DNA of 64,000 nt, from NCBI GenBank assembly GCA_964196115.1, contig CAXMRQ010000035.1, positions 8,149 to 72,148 on the forward strand, read 5' to 3'. A program made the position numbers and the translations under genes. The notes beneath the pieces were generated by a model, which saw only the letters and a program-made list of their open reading frames with translations, ran no database searches and was not told the origin of the DNA. Origin of the DNA: an uncultured Gammaproteobacteria bacterium (lineage in GTDB: Bacteria > Pseudomonadota > Gammaproteobacteria > GCA-001735895). This document shows positions 30,000 to 37,276 of the stretch, piece by piece; positions within the stretch are counted from its first letter, which is position 1; each line of letters begins with the position of its first letter.

Positions 30000-31520
30000 A
30001 TGAACTTTTTTTCCTACCTGACAAGCGACGATATCCAATACGTACACCAGGCATCTCTGGAGATCCTCGAAGAAGTTGGCCTGCTGGTTCGTAATGAGAA
30101 AGCAAGGAAGCGATTCGCCGAACACGGTGCGATTGTCGACCATAAAACAGAGATGGTGCGCATCCCATCGGCGGTCGTCGAGAAGTACCGCATGCTGGTG
30201 CCACCGTCTATCACTCTGCGCGGCCGCGACCCGGCTTTCGACGTCACATTCCCGCGCAAACTGCCGGTAATCGCAACGGCCAGTTCGGCGCCGGATATCG
30301 TCGACCCGGTGAGTGGCGTGACACGCCGTTCGAGATCCGATGATATTGCCCGCATTGCTCAATTGATTAACGAGCTTCCAGGCTACGATGTATTCTCGAT
30401 ATCGACGCTCGCCGATGATGCGCCCAAAGATCAGTTCAGTCTGACTCGATTTTACGCCGCGCTGAAAAATTGTGTCAAACCCTGTCGGACATCGGTTTAC
30501 AATATTCGTGAAGCCGAGCAGGTAATCAAACTCGGTGAACTAATCGCAGGGTCGAAACCGGCCTACTGGGAACGTCCTTTCATCAACTTCGGTTATTGCG
30601 CGATTGTTTCGCCTTTGACGATGGACTTCGATAGCACCGAAACGCTGATGTACTTTGCCGAGAAAGGTATCACGGCTTACGGCACGATCGCCCCGATGGG
30701 TGGCTTGAGCACACCACTATCGCTACCGGGCATGCTGGTGATTATGAACGCAGAATGGCTTGCAGCAGCCACATTGGCACAAATGTCGAAGGCTGGAACC
30801 GCTCAAATTTATAACTTTCTGCCCGTGTTTGCCGATATGCGCGATGGTGCCTATGCACCAGGTGCAATAGAAGTCGGGATGATGAATTCGGCCGTATGTC
30901 AGATGGCACGATTTTACAACGTGCCTGCCGGTGGATATCTTGGCCTGACTAACTCCAAAGTCGCCGACGCTCAATCGGGCTTCGAAAAAGGTATGTCACC
31001 ACTGATGGGGGCAATGTCCGGTGCCGATTTCATCGTCATGGGCGGGCTGCAGGATGCGCTGATGTCGTTTGATTTCGGTCAGGCCACAATCGACAATGAG
31101 ATCGCCCTGATGATCAAACGAGTTCGCCAGGGCTTCGGGTTTTCGAAACAAAATGCCTCGTTACAGGAGATCAAGGATACTGGAGCCGCAGGCATGTTCG
31201 CGGCAAATCCGGCAACCCTGGAGCGCATGCACAGCGCAACCATGATGCCGGAGCTTGCCGACAGAAAACTGCGTGAGCATTGGGAACTGGAAGGCAGCTC
31301 GACTATACATCAGCGAGCGCTGAACAAGGCGTTCGACATTCTTTCGGCCCCAAATTCGGCCGCATTTGATGCCGATGTGGATGCTCGAATCCGCGCCGAA
31401 TTCGGAGGAATGGTCGCAGGTGACGCGATGCTTCAGGATGGATGGAAGCGTTTTGATATCGGTAGTAACGTTCCTGTGCGCGAAAGACGTCCCAATCGTC
31501 GTCGTCAGCGACAACACTAA
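30000..31520 (+). CDS. MttB-superfamily (trimethylamine methyltransferase-like, COG5598) protein, non-pyrrolysine type
   Basis: 506 aa. The N-terminus L.SDDI..VH.ASLEILEEVG..V.NE.A...F.EHGA.VD is characteristic of MttB/MtgB-family TIM barrels. The frame is uninterrupted, with no in-frame TAG. Confidence 0.85.
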   Translation: MNFFSYLTSDDIQYVHQASLEILEEVGLLVRNEKARKRFAEHGAIVDHKTEMVRIPSAVVEKYRMLVPPSITLRGRDPAFDVTFPRKLPVIATASSAPDIVDPVSGVTRRSRSDDIARIAQLINELPGYDVFSISTLADDAPKDQFSLTRFYAALKNCVKPCRTSVYNIREAEQVIKLGELIAGSKPAYWERPFINFGYCAIVSPLTMDFDSTETLMYFAEKGITAYGTIAPMGGLSTPLSLPGMLVIMNAEWLAAATLAQMSKAGTAQIYNFLPVFADMRDGAYAPGAIEVGMMNSAVCQMARFYNVPAGGYLGLTNSKVADAQSGFEKGMSPLMGAMSGADFIVMGGLQDALMSFDFGQATIDNEIALMIKRVRQGFGFSKQNASLQEIKDTGAAGMFAANPATLERMHSATMMPELADRKLREHWELEGSSTIHQRALNKAFDILSAPNSAAFDADVDARIRAEFGGMVAGDAMLQDGWKRFDIGSNVPVRERRPNRRRQRQH

Positions 31521-31552
31521 AAAAGCAATAATTAAGATAATCTCAGTAGGAC

Positions 31553-31747
31553 TAGTACTCCTTCAATGATATATCTTAGGATTCAGCCAGTCAGGAAGCG
31601 GTTAGCTGCTAGGCGTGCGACTGTAGGACTAGCCGTAGCTAATTCAAGGGAGCACACCAAAAGTAGGCGCTTTAGGCGACAACCAGATGACCGCTTCCTG
31701 GCTGGCCCGGAGGGAGCGCCCCAACATATATCATGGAAGGAGTACTA
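31553..31747 (+). promoter_or_regulatory. ~195-nt nested inverted-repeat RNA structure that sequesters the SD of the downstream gene (regulatory leader or MITE-like insertion)
   Basis: The outer arms 31553-31574 (TAGTACTCCTTCAATGATATAT) and 31726-31747 (ATATATCATGGAAGGAGTACTA) pair at 21 of 22 positions, and the right arm contains GGAAGGAG, the SD for the ATG at 31750. The inner arms 31586-31602 and 31690-31706 pair at 17 of 17 positions, including one G-U. Confidence 0.5.
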
Positions 31748-31749
31748 AC

Positions 31750-34263
31750 ATGGCGGCATCACTTCCAACCAGCGCGCGCATTGCCATCATTGGCGGAGGC
31801 GTGATAGGTACCGCCATTGCGTATCACCTGACCCGGTCCGGCGAAAAGGATGTCGTGTTGCTTGAAAAGTCACGTCTAACCGAGGGCGCTACCTGGCACG
31901 CGGCCGGGCTGGTCGGCCAATTTCGTTCGCAGCAAAACCTGATGAGCCTGATGAACGACAGCGTCAAATTGTTCGACATTCTGGCCGAAGAAACCGGCCA
32001 GGAAATCGACTGGCACAAATTTGGCAGTCTCAGACTGGCGCAAACCGAAGACCGCTGGAAGGAACTCCTCAAATCTCATTCCGCGGCACAGGCGGTTGGC
32101 TTTGAGATGAATTTGTTAACACCAAACGAAGCGCGTGACTTATACCCGCTAATTGAAACCGATGATTTAGTCGGTGCGGCCTTCATTCCGGCAGACGGGT
32201 ACATCGACCCGAACAGTCTGACTCAGGCCTATGCAAAGGGAGCCAGGGCCAACGGTGGTAGAATTTTCGAGGGCGTGATGGTCAATAATCTGTTACGTGA
32301 TGGTGATCGCATCACTCACCTGGTCACCGAACAAGGTAACATTGAAGTCGAAACAGTGATTAATGCTGCGGGACTCTGGGCGCGTCAGGTCGGCTGGATG
32401 GCAGGGGTGGAAATCCCTGCAGGCGTGGTCGAGCATCAATACCTGGTAACCGAGAAATCCGATCTAATCCCCGCTGGCTTACCGGCGTTGCGCGATCCGG
32501 ATGGGGGATTTTATGCAAAGCCGGAACCCGGTGCGCTAGCCATCGGTGGATGGGAAAAGCAAACCAACAGCGTTAACCCTAAGGAGGGTTTTCCGTGGCA
32601 AAACGAGCGCCATCTGTTTGATGGCGATATGGATCGCCTGTCAGAGTTCTTCGAACCAGCGATACGACGTATTCCTGTCCTCGGCGAACTCGGCATGCGC
32701 ACTATCGTCAATGGACCGATACCCATCTCACCCGATGGCGAACCCATCATAGGACCTGTTCCCGGATTGAGCAATTTCTTTGCCGCCTGCGCATTCACCT
32801 CCGGCATAGCCGCATCGGGCGGAGCCGGTAAAGCTGTCGCTAACTGGATTCTGGAAGGTGATCCGGGACTCGATCTGTGGCCATTCGACATTCGACGCTT
32901 CGGGCCCCTGCACGCCGGTCAGAAATTCCTGCATGACCGCGCGGTTGAAAGCTATAGTAAGTACTATGCGATCCACTGGCCGGGGGAGGAACTGGAGTCA
33001 GCCCGAGGCGTGCGGCGCAGTCCTCTTTATCAAACACTGAAAGATCAGGGCGCGGTGTTCGGATCGAAGTTCGGCTGGGAGCGAGCAAACTGGTTCGCAC
33101 ACGGTGATATCCCGCAGCAGGAAGTCTACGGATTCGACCGGCCACAACAGGCGCTTACGGTCGGTCGCGAGCATTTGGCAGCACGTGAGGGCGTAGTACT
33201 GATCGATATGTCCTCATTTACCAAATTTGAAATCAGTGGGAGCCAGGCCTGTCAGTTCCTGAATTACCTGGCGGTCGCTAATGTCGATAAGGAATCAGGG
33301 GGAGCAACCTATACGCAGTTATGCAACGAGCGAGGTGGGATCGAAGCCGACGTCACCATCATCCGGCGTTCGGAGGATTGCTTCTGGCTGATCACCGGGT
33401 CCGGCCTCGGCGTGCGCGACAGGCACTGGATCGAAAGCCACCTGCACGGTATTTTGGATCGACATATCAATCCGGATCGCTTCAGTAACGAGCAATGGAC
33501 TCGATCAGGTGAGCGATCGATTCGGCCAAACGCCCCCGGTTTCGATAAAGTAGAGCTGCGCGATATTACCTCGGCCTATGGTGTGATTAATCTTGCCGGC
33601 CCATTAGCACGCAAGGTATTACAGAAGGTTTGCGACGAAGACCTGAGCCACGAGGCCTTCCCTTTCATGGCCGCAAGAGACATCAGAATCGGATATGCGC
33701 CTGCCCTGGCCTACCGAGTTACCTATATCGGCGAACTAGGATGGGAACTCTATATTCCATCTGAATACCTTCAGTATGTATACGAAGAGCTACAGCAAGC
33801 TGGCGAGGAATTCGGTATCACCAATATAGGCTACCGGGCGATCGACAGTCTGCGCCTTGAAAAGCGTTATCTCGCCTGGGGCGTCGACATCACCCCCGAC
33901 TACAACCCTTTCGAAGCCGGATTACAGTTTCTTATCGACTGGGATAAGGGCGATTTTATCGGTGCCGAGGCCCTCGCCGAGATCAGGCAACAAGGGGTTC
34001 GGCAAAAACTGGTATGCCTTGCTCTGCATAATCCTTTGCCGGTATTCGGTGGTGAAGCTATTTTTTGCGATGACAAGGTAGTTGCGCAAACCACCAGCGG
34101 CAACTTCGGCTACTCTATTGGCAAGAGCCTGGTGCTCGGGTACCTGCCGGTTGATGTGCTCGACCGCAGTGATTTCGGAGTCGAGGCATTTGGTGAGCGG
34201 ACCCCGGCATCTATAGTGAAAGGCGCGATCTACGATCCGAAGCGGGAAAAAATTCTCTGCTAG
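31750..34263 (+). CDS. Dimethylglycine/sarcosine-dehydrogenase-like flavoprotein (DAO FAD domain fused to GcvT folate-binding aminomethyltransferase domain)
   Basis: From MAASLPTSARIAIIGGGVIGTAIAYHL: Rossmann GGGxxG, ATWHAAGL (the histidine that carries covalent FAD in DMGDH/SARDH), and C-terminal GcvT-like motifs (GYRAIDSLRLEKRY, GGEAI...). The track start at 31687 lies inside the upstream hairpin and lacks an SD. Confidence 0.85.
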   Translation: MAASLPTSARIAIIGGGVIGTAIAYHLTRSGEKDVVLLEKSRLTEGATWHAAGLVGQFRSQQNLMSLMNDSVKLFDILAEETGQEIDWHKFGSLRLAQTEDRWKELLKSHSAAQAVGFEMNLLTPNEARDLYPLIETDDLVGAAFIPADGYIDPNSLTQAYAKGARANGGRIFEGVMVNNLLRDGDRITHLVTEQGNIEVETVINAAGLWARQVGWMAGVEIPAGVVEHQYLVTEKSDLIPAGLPALRDPDGGFYAKPEPGALAIGGWEKQTNSVNPKEGFPWQNERHLFDGDMDRLSEFFEPAIRRIPVLGELGMRTIVNGPIPISPDGEPIIGPVPGLSNFFAACAFTSGIAASGGAGKAVANWILEGDPGLDLWPFDIRRFGPLHAGQKFLHDRAVESYSKYYAIHWPGEELESARGVRRSPLYQTLKDQGAVFGSKFGWERANWFAHGDIPQQEVYGFDRPQQALTVGREHLAAREGVVLIDMSSFTKFEISGSQACQFLNYLAVANVDKESGGATYTQLCNERGGIEADVTIIRRSEDCFWLITGSGLGVRDRHWIESHLHGILDRHINPDRFSNEQWTRSGERSIRPNAPGFDKVELRDITSAYGVINLAGPLARKVLQKVCDEDLSHEAFPFMAARDIRIGYAPALAYRVTYIGELGWELYIPSEYLQYVYEELQQAGEEFGITNIGYRAIDSLRLEKRYLAWGVDITPDYNPFEAGLQFLIDWDKGDFIGAEALAEIRQQGVRQKLVCLALHNPLPVFGGEAIFCDDKVVAQTTSGNFGYSIGKSLVLGYLPVDVLDRSDFGVEAFGERTPASIVKGAIYDPKREKILC

Positions 34264-34322
34264 TGATTAGTGTCTAGTCAATTTAAAATTAGCCATGTAC
34301 CCAGCATCGAGAAGAGAAAATA

Positions 34323-35618
34323 ATGCCATTTGAAGAACTGAATTTTCCTGCGGGCATTCATTTACTGGCTCGCTGGCAGGCCAATGACCCAATGGCGGTA
34401 CGGCGCCTGAAGGATATTTTTGATGCCACGATAAAAGGGCGGTATGACAAAGTTTTCAAGAGGCCAGTACCACAGGATTCGGTGCATGTTGCAGGCCCCG
34501 TAGATCTGATGACGCTAACCATTATGCACCGCCTTTATGGTCTGACATCGGCTGAGTTTTACAAGCAAGACCCGGAACGTTTTGTACGCACCTCGTTAAT
34601 GACGCAAAAATTACTGGGCATGCCCAAGCTTTATATAAGCTGGCCAGTCTATGGGTTTACCGCAGAAACCCTGGGGCAAGAAATGATTTACTCGGATCAA
34701 TACTCCCCCGGCACGGATCCGGATAAACCGTTAGCCAATTCTGACAACTGGCAAGATATTGGGACACCTGCGATGAATACAGGCATCCCCAAATTACTCG
34801 ATCAGATCCTGGCCTGTTATCAGCACTTAACTGGACTCAACCCTGTTTTGCACTTAACCGCAGCTTATAGCCTGGCAGCAGATATCTATGGACAGGAACA
34901 AATAATCACCGCCCTGACCCATGAACCCGAATTTGTGAATAAATTCCTCGACCACCTGGCAGACACCGTTTTGAAACCCTGGATGGATCATTTTTTCAAC
35001 CAGTACCCCAACGGATGGGTCGAACTAAGCGATGCTTCAGGATCGCCTTTTTTTATCGGCCCGCAAAACTGTAAAAACGTCGCTATTCGGTCGACTCAGC
35101 GGCTAATCGCTGCAAATCCATGGGGGAAACGCGTCTATGATGCCAATTACCGTGGCGATTACGTAACCCAGGCAAACAAAAGAAATTCTTCGTCATCGAG
35201 GCGTAGGAACCCCAGAAAAACCGACCCTGAGCACCCAAGCCTAGTTGAATTATTTGATATAAAAAATAGCGTTTGCCCTGATTATGTGATTCGTCTCGCC
35301 GAAGATCGCACAGCTGTTAGTTTTTATGTGGAGCAGGCAATTAGGTGCAATATCCCACTGTTTATGGGCATTGGCGCTACCCTGATCGACCGTAACAGCA
35401 TTGCCGATCTGGAAATCGCAAAACAGGAAATCAAGGCCATGGCCTGTGAATATACAGAGGCGATTAAGACGGTTGCCAAATCCATCGAGAAGAATGGTTA
35501 TAATTTAAGAGTACCCCCCTGGCCAGGCACAATTTATTTTGAAGACATCAGCGCTGAGTCCAACTTTGATTTAATCGAAATTATTATCGACACCGTACTA
35601 AAGCAGGGTGCACTGTGA
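34323..35618 (+). CDS. Conserved-looking hypothetical protein; possible URO-D/MtaA-like (MT2-type) TIM-barrel resemblance
   Basis: 431 aa with no motif I can assign confidently. The spacing of segments (..AEFYKQDPERFV...Q.LLG.........YGFTAETLGQE.......P......; ....GLNPVLHLTAAYSLAADIYGQEQIITALTHEPEFVNKFLDHLADTVL..W) is reminiscent of the uroporphyrinogen-decarboxylase/methylcobamide methyltransferase family. It contains a basic low-complexity insertion, NKRNSSSSRRRNPRKTDPEH. Confidence 0.55.
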   Translation: MPFEELNFPAGIHLLARWQANDPMAVRRLKDIFDATIKGRYDKVFKRPVPQDSVHVAGPVDLMTLTIMHRLYGLTSAEFYKQDPERFVRTSLMTQKLLGMPKLYISWPVYGFTAETLGQEMIYSDQYSPGTDPDKPLANSDNWQDIGTPAMNTGIPKLLDQILACYQHLTGLNPVLHLTAAYSLAADIYGQEQIITALTHEPEFVNKFLDHLADTVLKPWMDHFFNQYPNGWVELSDASGSPFFIGPQNCKNVAIRSTQRLIAANPWGKRVYDANYRGDYVTQANKRNSSSSRRRNPRKTDPEHPSLVELFDIKNSVCPDYVIRLAEDRTAVSFYVEQAIRCNIPLFMGIGATLIDRNSIADLEIAKQEIKAMACEYTEAIKTVAKSIEKNGYNLRVPPWPGTIYFEDISAESNFDLIEIIIDTVLKQGAL

Positions 35619-35634
35619 ATCGCAGTATCTGTTA

Positions 35635-36123
35635 ATGGACAAGCTATTGGTCAGCGCCTGCCTGCTCGGCGACCCGGTTCGTTACGACGGACGAAGCAAG
35701 TCATTCGAAAACACCGAGTTGCAGGAACTGGTAAAGCAGGACCGAGTCATAGCATTCTGCCCCGAAGTGGCGAGTGGATTGCCAACCCCACGGGATTCAG
35801 CCGAGATTCAACAGGGCGATGGAGTTGCCGTGATCGATAAGCTAGGCAAGGTCACTACCGTCAATGGCGATGATGTAACTGATTTTTTTCTGGGAGGTGC
35901 CAATCTGGCGCTTAAATTATGCCAGCAGCACCAGATATCGGTCGCTATTTTGACTGAATTCAGTCCTTCCTGCGGTAGCAAGCAAATTTACGATGGCAGT
36001 TTTAGCAGGACCAAGCGCTGGGGAATTGGCGTAACCACCGCCCTGCTAAAACGACACGGTATCGCTATTTTCAGTCAATACCAGATCGGTGCTGCAATAA
36101 ACAGTTTAGCCAACAGAAATTAA
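35635..36123 (+). CDS. DUF523 protein (TudS/YbbK-like [4Fe-4S] family)
   Basis: From MDKLLVSACLLGDPVRYDG: the SACLLG..VRYDG, FCPEV.GGLPTPR-like (AFCPEVASGLPTPR) and SPSCGS motifs define DUF523. Confidence 0.7.
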   Translation: MDKLLVSACLLGDPVRYDGRSKSFENTELQELVKQDRVIAFCPEVASGLPTPRDSAEIQQGDGVAVIDKLGKVTTVNGDDVTDFFLGGANLALKLCQQHQISVAILTEFSPSCGSKQIYDGSFSRTKRWGIGVTTALLKRHGIAIFSQYQIGAAINSLANRN

Positions 36124-36137
36124 AAACAGGAACCTTT

Positions 36138-36704
36138 ATGAATAATTATTCTTTGAATCGCGATACTGTAGTTGATTTCATACTCGATCTGTTCAGACGT
36201 CGAGGCGCTGAAGAGTACATGGGTGAACCAGTGAGCATGGCGCAACACATGGAACAAACTGCAGCCTGTGCCTTGGCCGATGGCGCTTCCGACGACCTGG
36301 TGATCGCCGCTCTGCTACATGACATCGGCCATTTTGTCGGCAATTTTCCAATCGACGCTCTCGAAAACGGCGTCGATAACCTGCACGAAGAGGCTGGCGC
36401 CAATTTTCTCCAGGCGTTCTATCCAGTCGCAGTCACTGAACCAATTCGTTTGCACGTGGCTGCAAAGAAATATTTGTGCGCTACCGACGAGCAATACTTT
36501 GCCTGTCTTTCAGAGGCTTCAGTTCAATCCTTGCAGGTTCAAGGTGGTCCGATGACAGAAGCCGAAGTCAAAAAGTTTAAATCTAGCCCTTATCATCAGT
36601 CTGCTGTTCAGGTAAGACGTTATGATGATGATGGCAAGGTTGCAGGCCTGGATATTAAATCGGTTGAAAACTACAGGCACAAGCTAGAATCGTTATTATT
36701 ATAA
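36138..36704 (+). CDS. HD-domain protein of the PhnZ/TmpB type (phosphonate-associated HD, putative diiron oxygenase)
   Basis: 188 aa. Y.GEPVS...H..Q.A..A...GA.D.LV.AALLHDIGH, HEEAGANFL, RLHVAAKKYL, LQVQGGPM...E...F and VRRYDD.GKV match, from memory, the PhnZ-like 'phosphonate degradation associated HD' family in size and metal-ligand spacing (H, HD, H, H, D). Confidence 0.55.
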   Translation: MNNYSLNRDTVVDFILDLFRRRGAEEYMGEPVSMAQHMEQTAACALADGASDDLVIAALLHDIGHFVGNFPIDALENGVDNLHEEAGANFLQAFYPVAVTEPIRLHVAAKKYLCATDEQYFACLSEASVQSLQVQGGPMTEAEVKKFKSSPYHQSAVQVRRYDDDGKVAGLDIKSVENYRHKLESLLL

Positions 36705-36867
36705 ATTATAAGAAGCAAAGCTTTCTATGCTGGTATGTCACCTCGCTTACGACGACCAGACGGACCACCAGGTAAAACACTAAAAGTCATCAAATGATTC
36801 AACTAAAAAGGAATCAATCCATCAACGCGAGACAGCATGTCAGTCATTAGTAATGTGTGTAAATTAG

Positions 36868-37023
36868 CAGCAGATTGTTAATGCAGAAGGCGATGTTTGC
36901 CTACCGTTATTTTTAAGCGATGTTCTTGCGCGTAAAAAGAATGTGATGACCCCGGCGGTGATCGGGAATAACTGGGAACTAGATGGTGAAAAAAACGCCG
37001 AACGCTGGTGGTTTGCCTGGTAA
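36868..37023 (+). pseudogene. Remnant of a family-5 ABC substrate-binding protein gene (C-terminal ~50 codons, in-frame stop)
   Basis: The translation QQIVNAEGDVCLPLF*ADVLARKKNVMTPAVIGNNWELDGEKNAERWWFAW* aligns with the C-termini of the intact paralogs (CQV(L/I)...GG.L.PMFANYIMAL.K.V.H....AGN.D.DG.KA.ERWWFA*). It is on the opposite strand and has an internal TAA at 36913. Confidence 0.7.
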
Positions 37024-37052
37024 ACTTTACTGTTAACAGAACAGTATTAAAG

Positions 37053-37076
37053 GGGTAGCAATGCTGCCCTTTTTTT
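37053..37076 (+). terminator. Rho-independent terminator after the SBP remnant
   Basis: GGGTAGC-AAT-GCTGCCC forms a 7-bp stem (one G-U), followed by TTTTTTT. Confidence 0.55.
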
Positions 37077-37276
37077 ATGTTGTGATGGACTTGTGCCAGG
37101 CAGTTAATCTTTCAATTTATGCACTAAAAAAATTCACCCTACAACCTGGAATAAAGTCATTGCGCATTAGCAGTACGCATAGGCCTAACTGGCGTATATT
37201 CAAAAGGGTAACGTCCCCTTATTATATTTATATTCGGTAGAGGATACCCTGAGTAATCAAAATTATTGGGGCGCAT

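Noticed and set aside
29955-30362. 135-aa and 113-aa minus-strand ORFs overlapping the mttB 5' region
   Set aside because: They are antisense to a strongly supported MttB-family frame, are arginine-rich, and have no motif.
30000-31520. Possible pyrrolysine (in-frame TAG) in the MttB homolog
   Set aside because: The ORF is uninterrupted from ATG to TAA, and no pylTSBCD genes are in the window. It is the non-Pyl type.
31553-31747. Assignment of the structured leader to a known riboswitch class (cobalamin, glycine, THF)
   Set aside because: I looked for a B12 box (GCCACTG-like), glycine-riboswitch GGAGAG/ACCG cores and THF motifs and found no convincing match. I leave it unclassified rather than naming a class.
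31687-31749. Upstream ATG start (track) for the DMGDH-like gene, and the 60-aa ORF 31566-31748
   Set aside because: Both lie inside the nested hairpin and lack an SD. They would add 21 non-homologous residues ahead of the GGGxxG FAD motif. The ATG at 31750, with GGAAGGAG upstream, is preferred.
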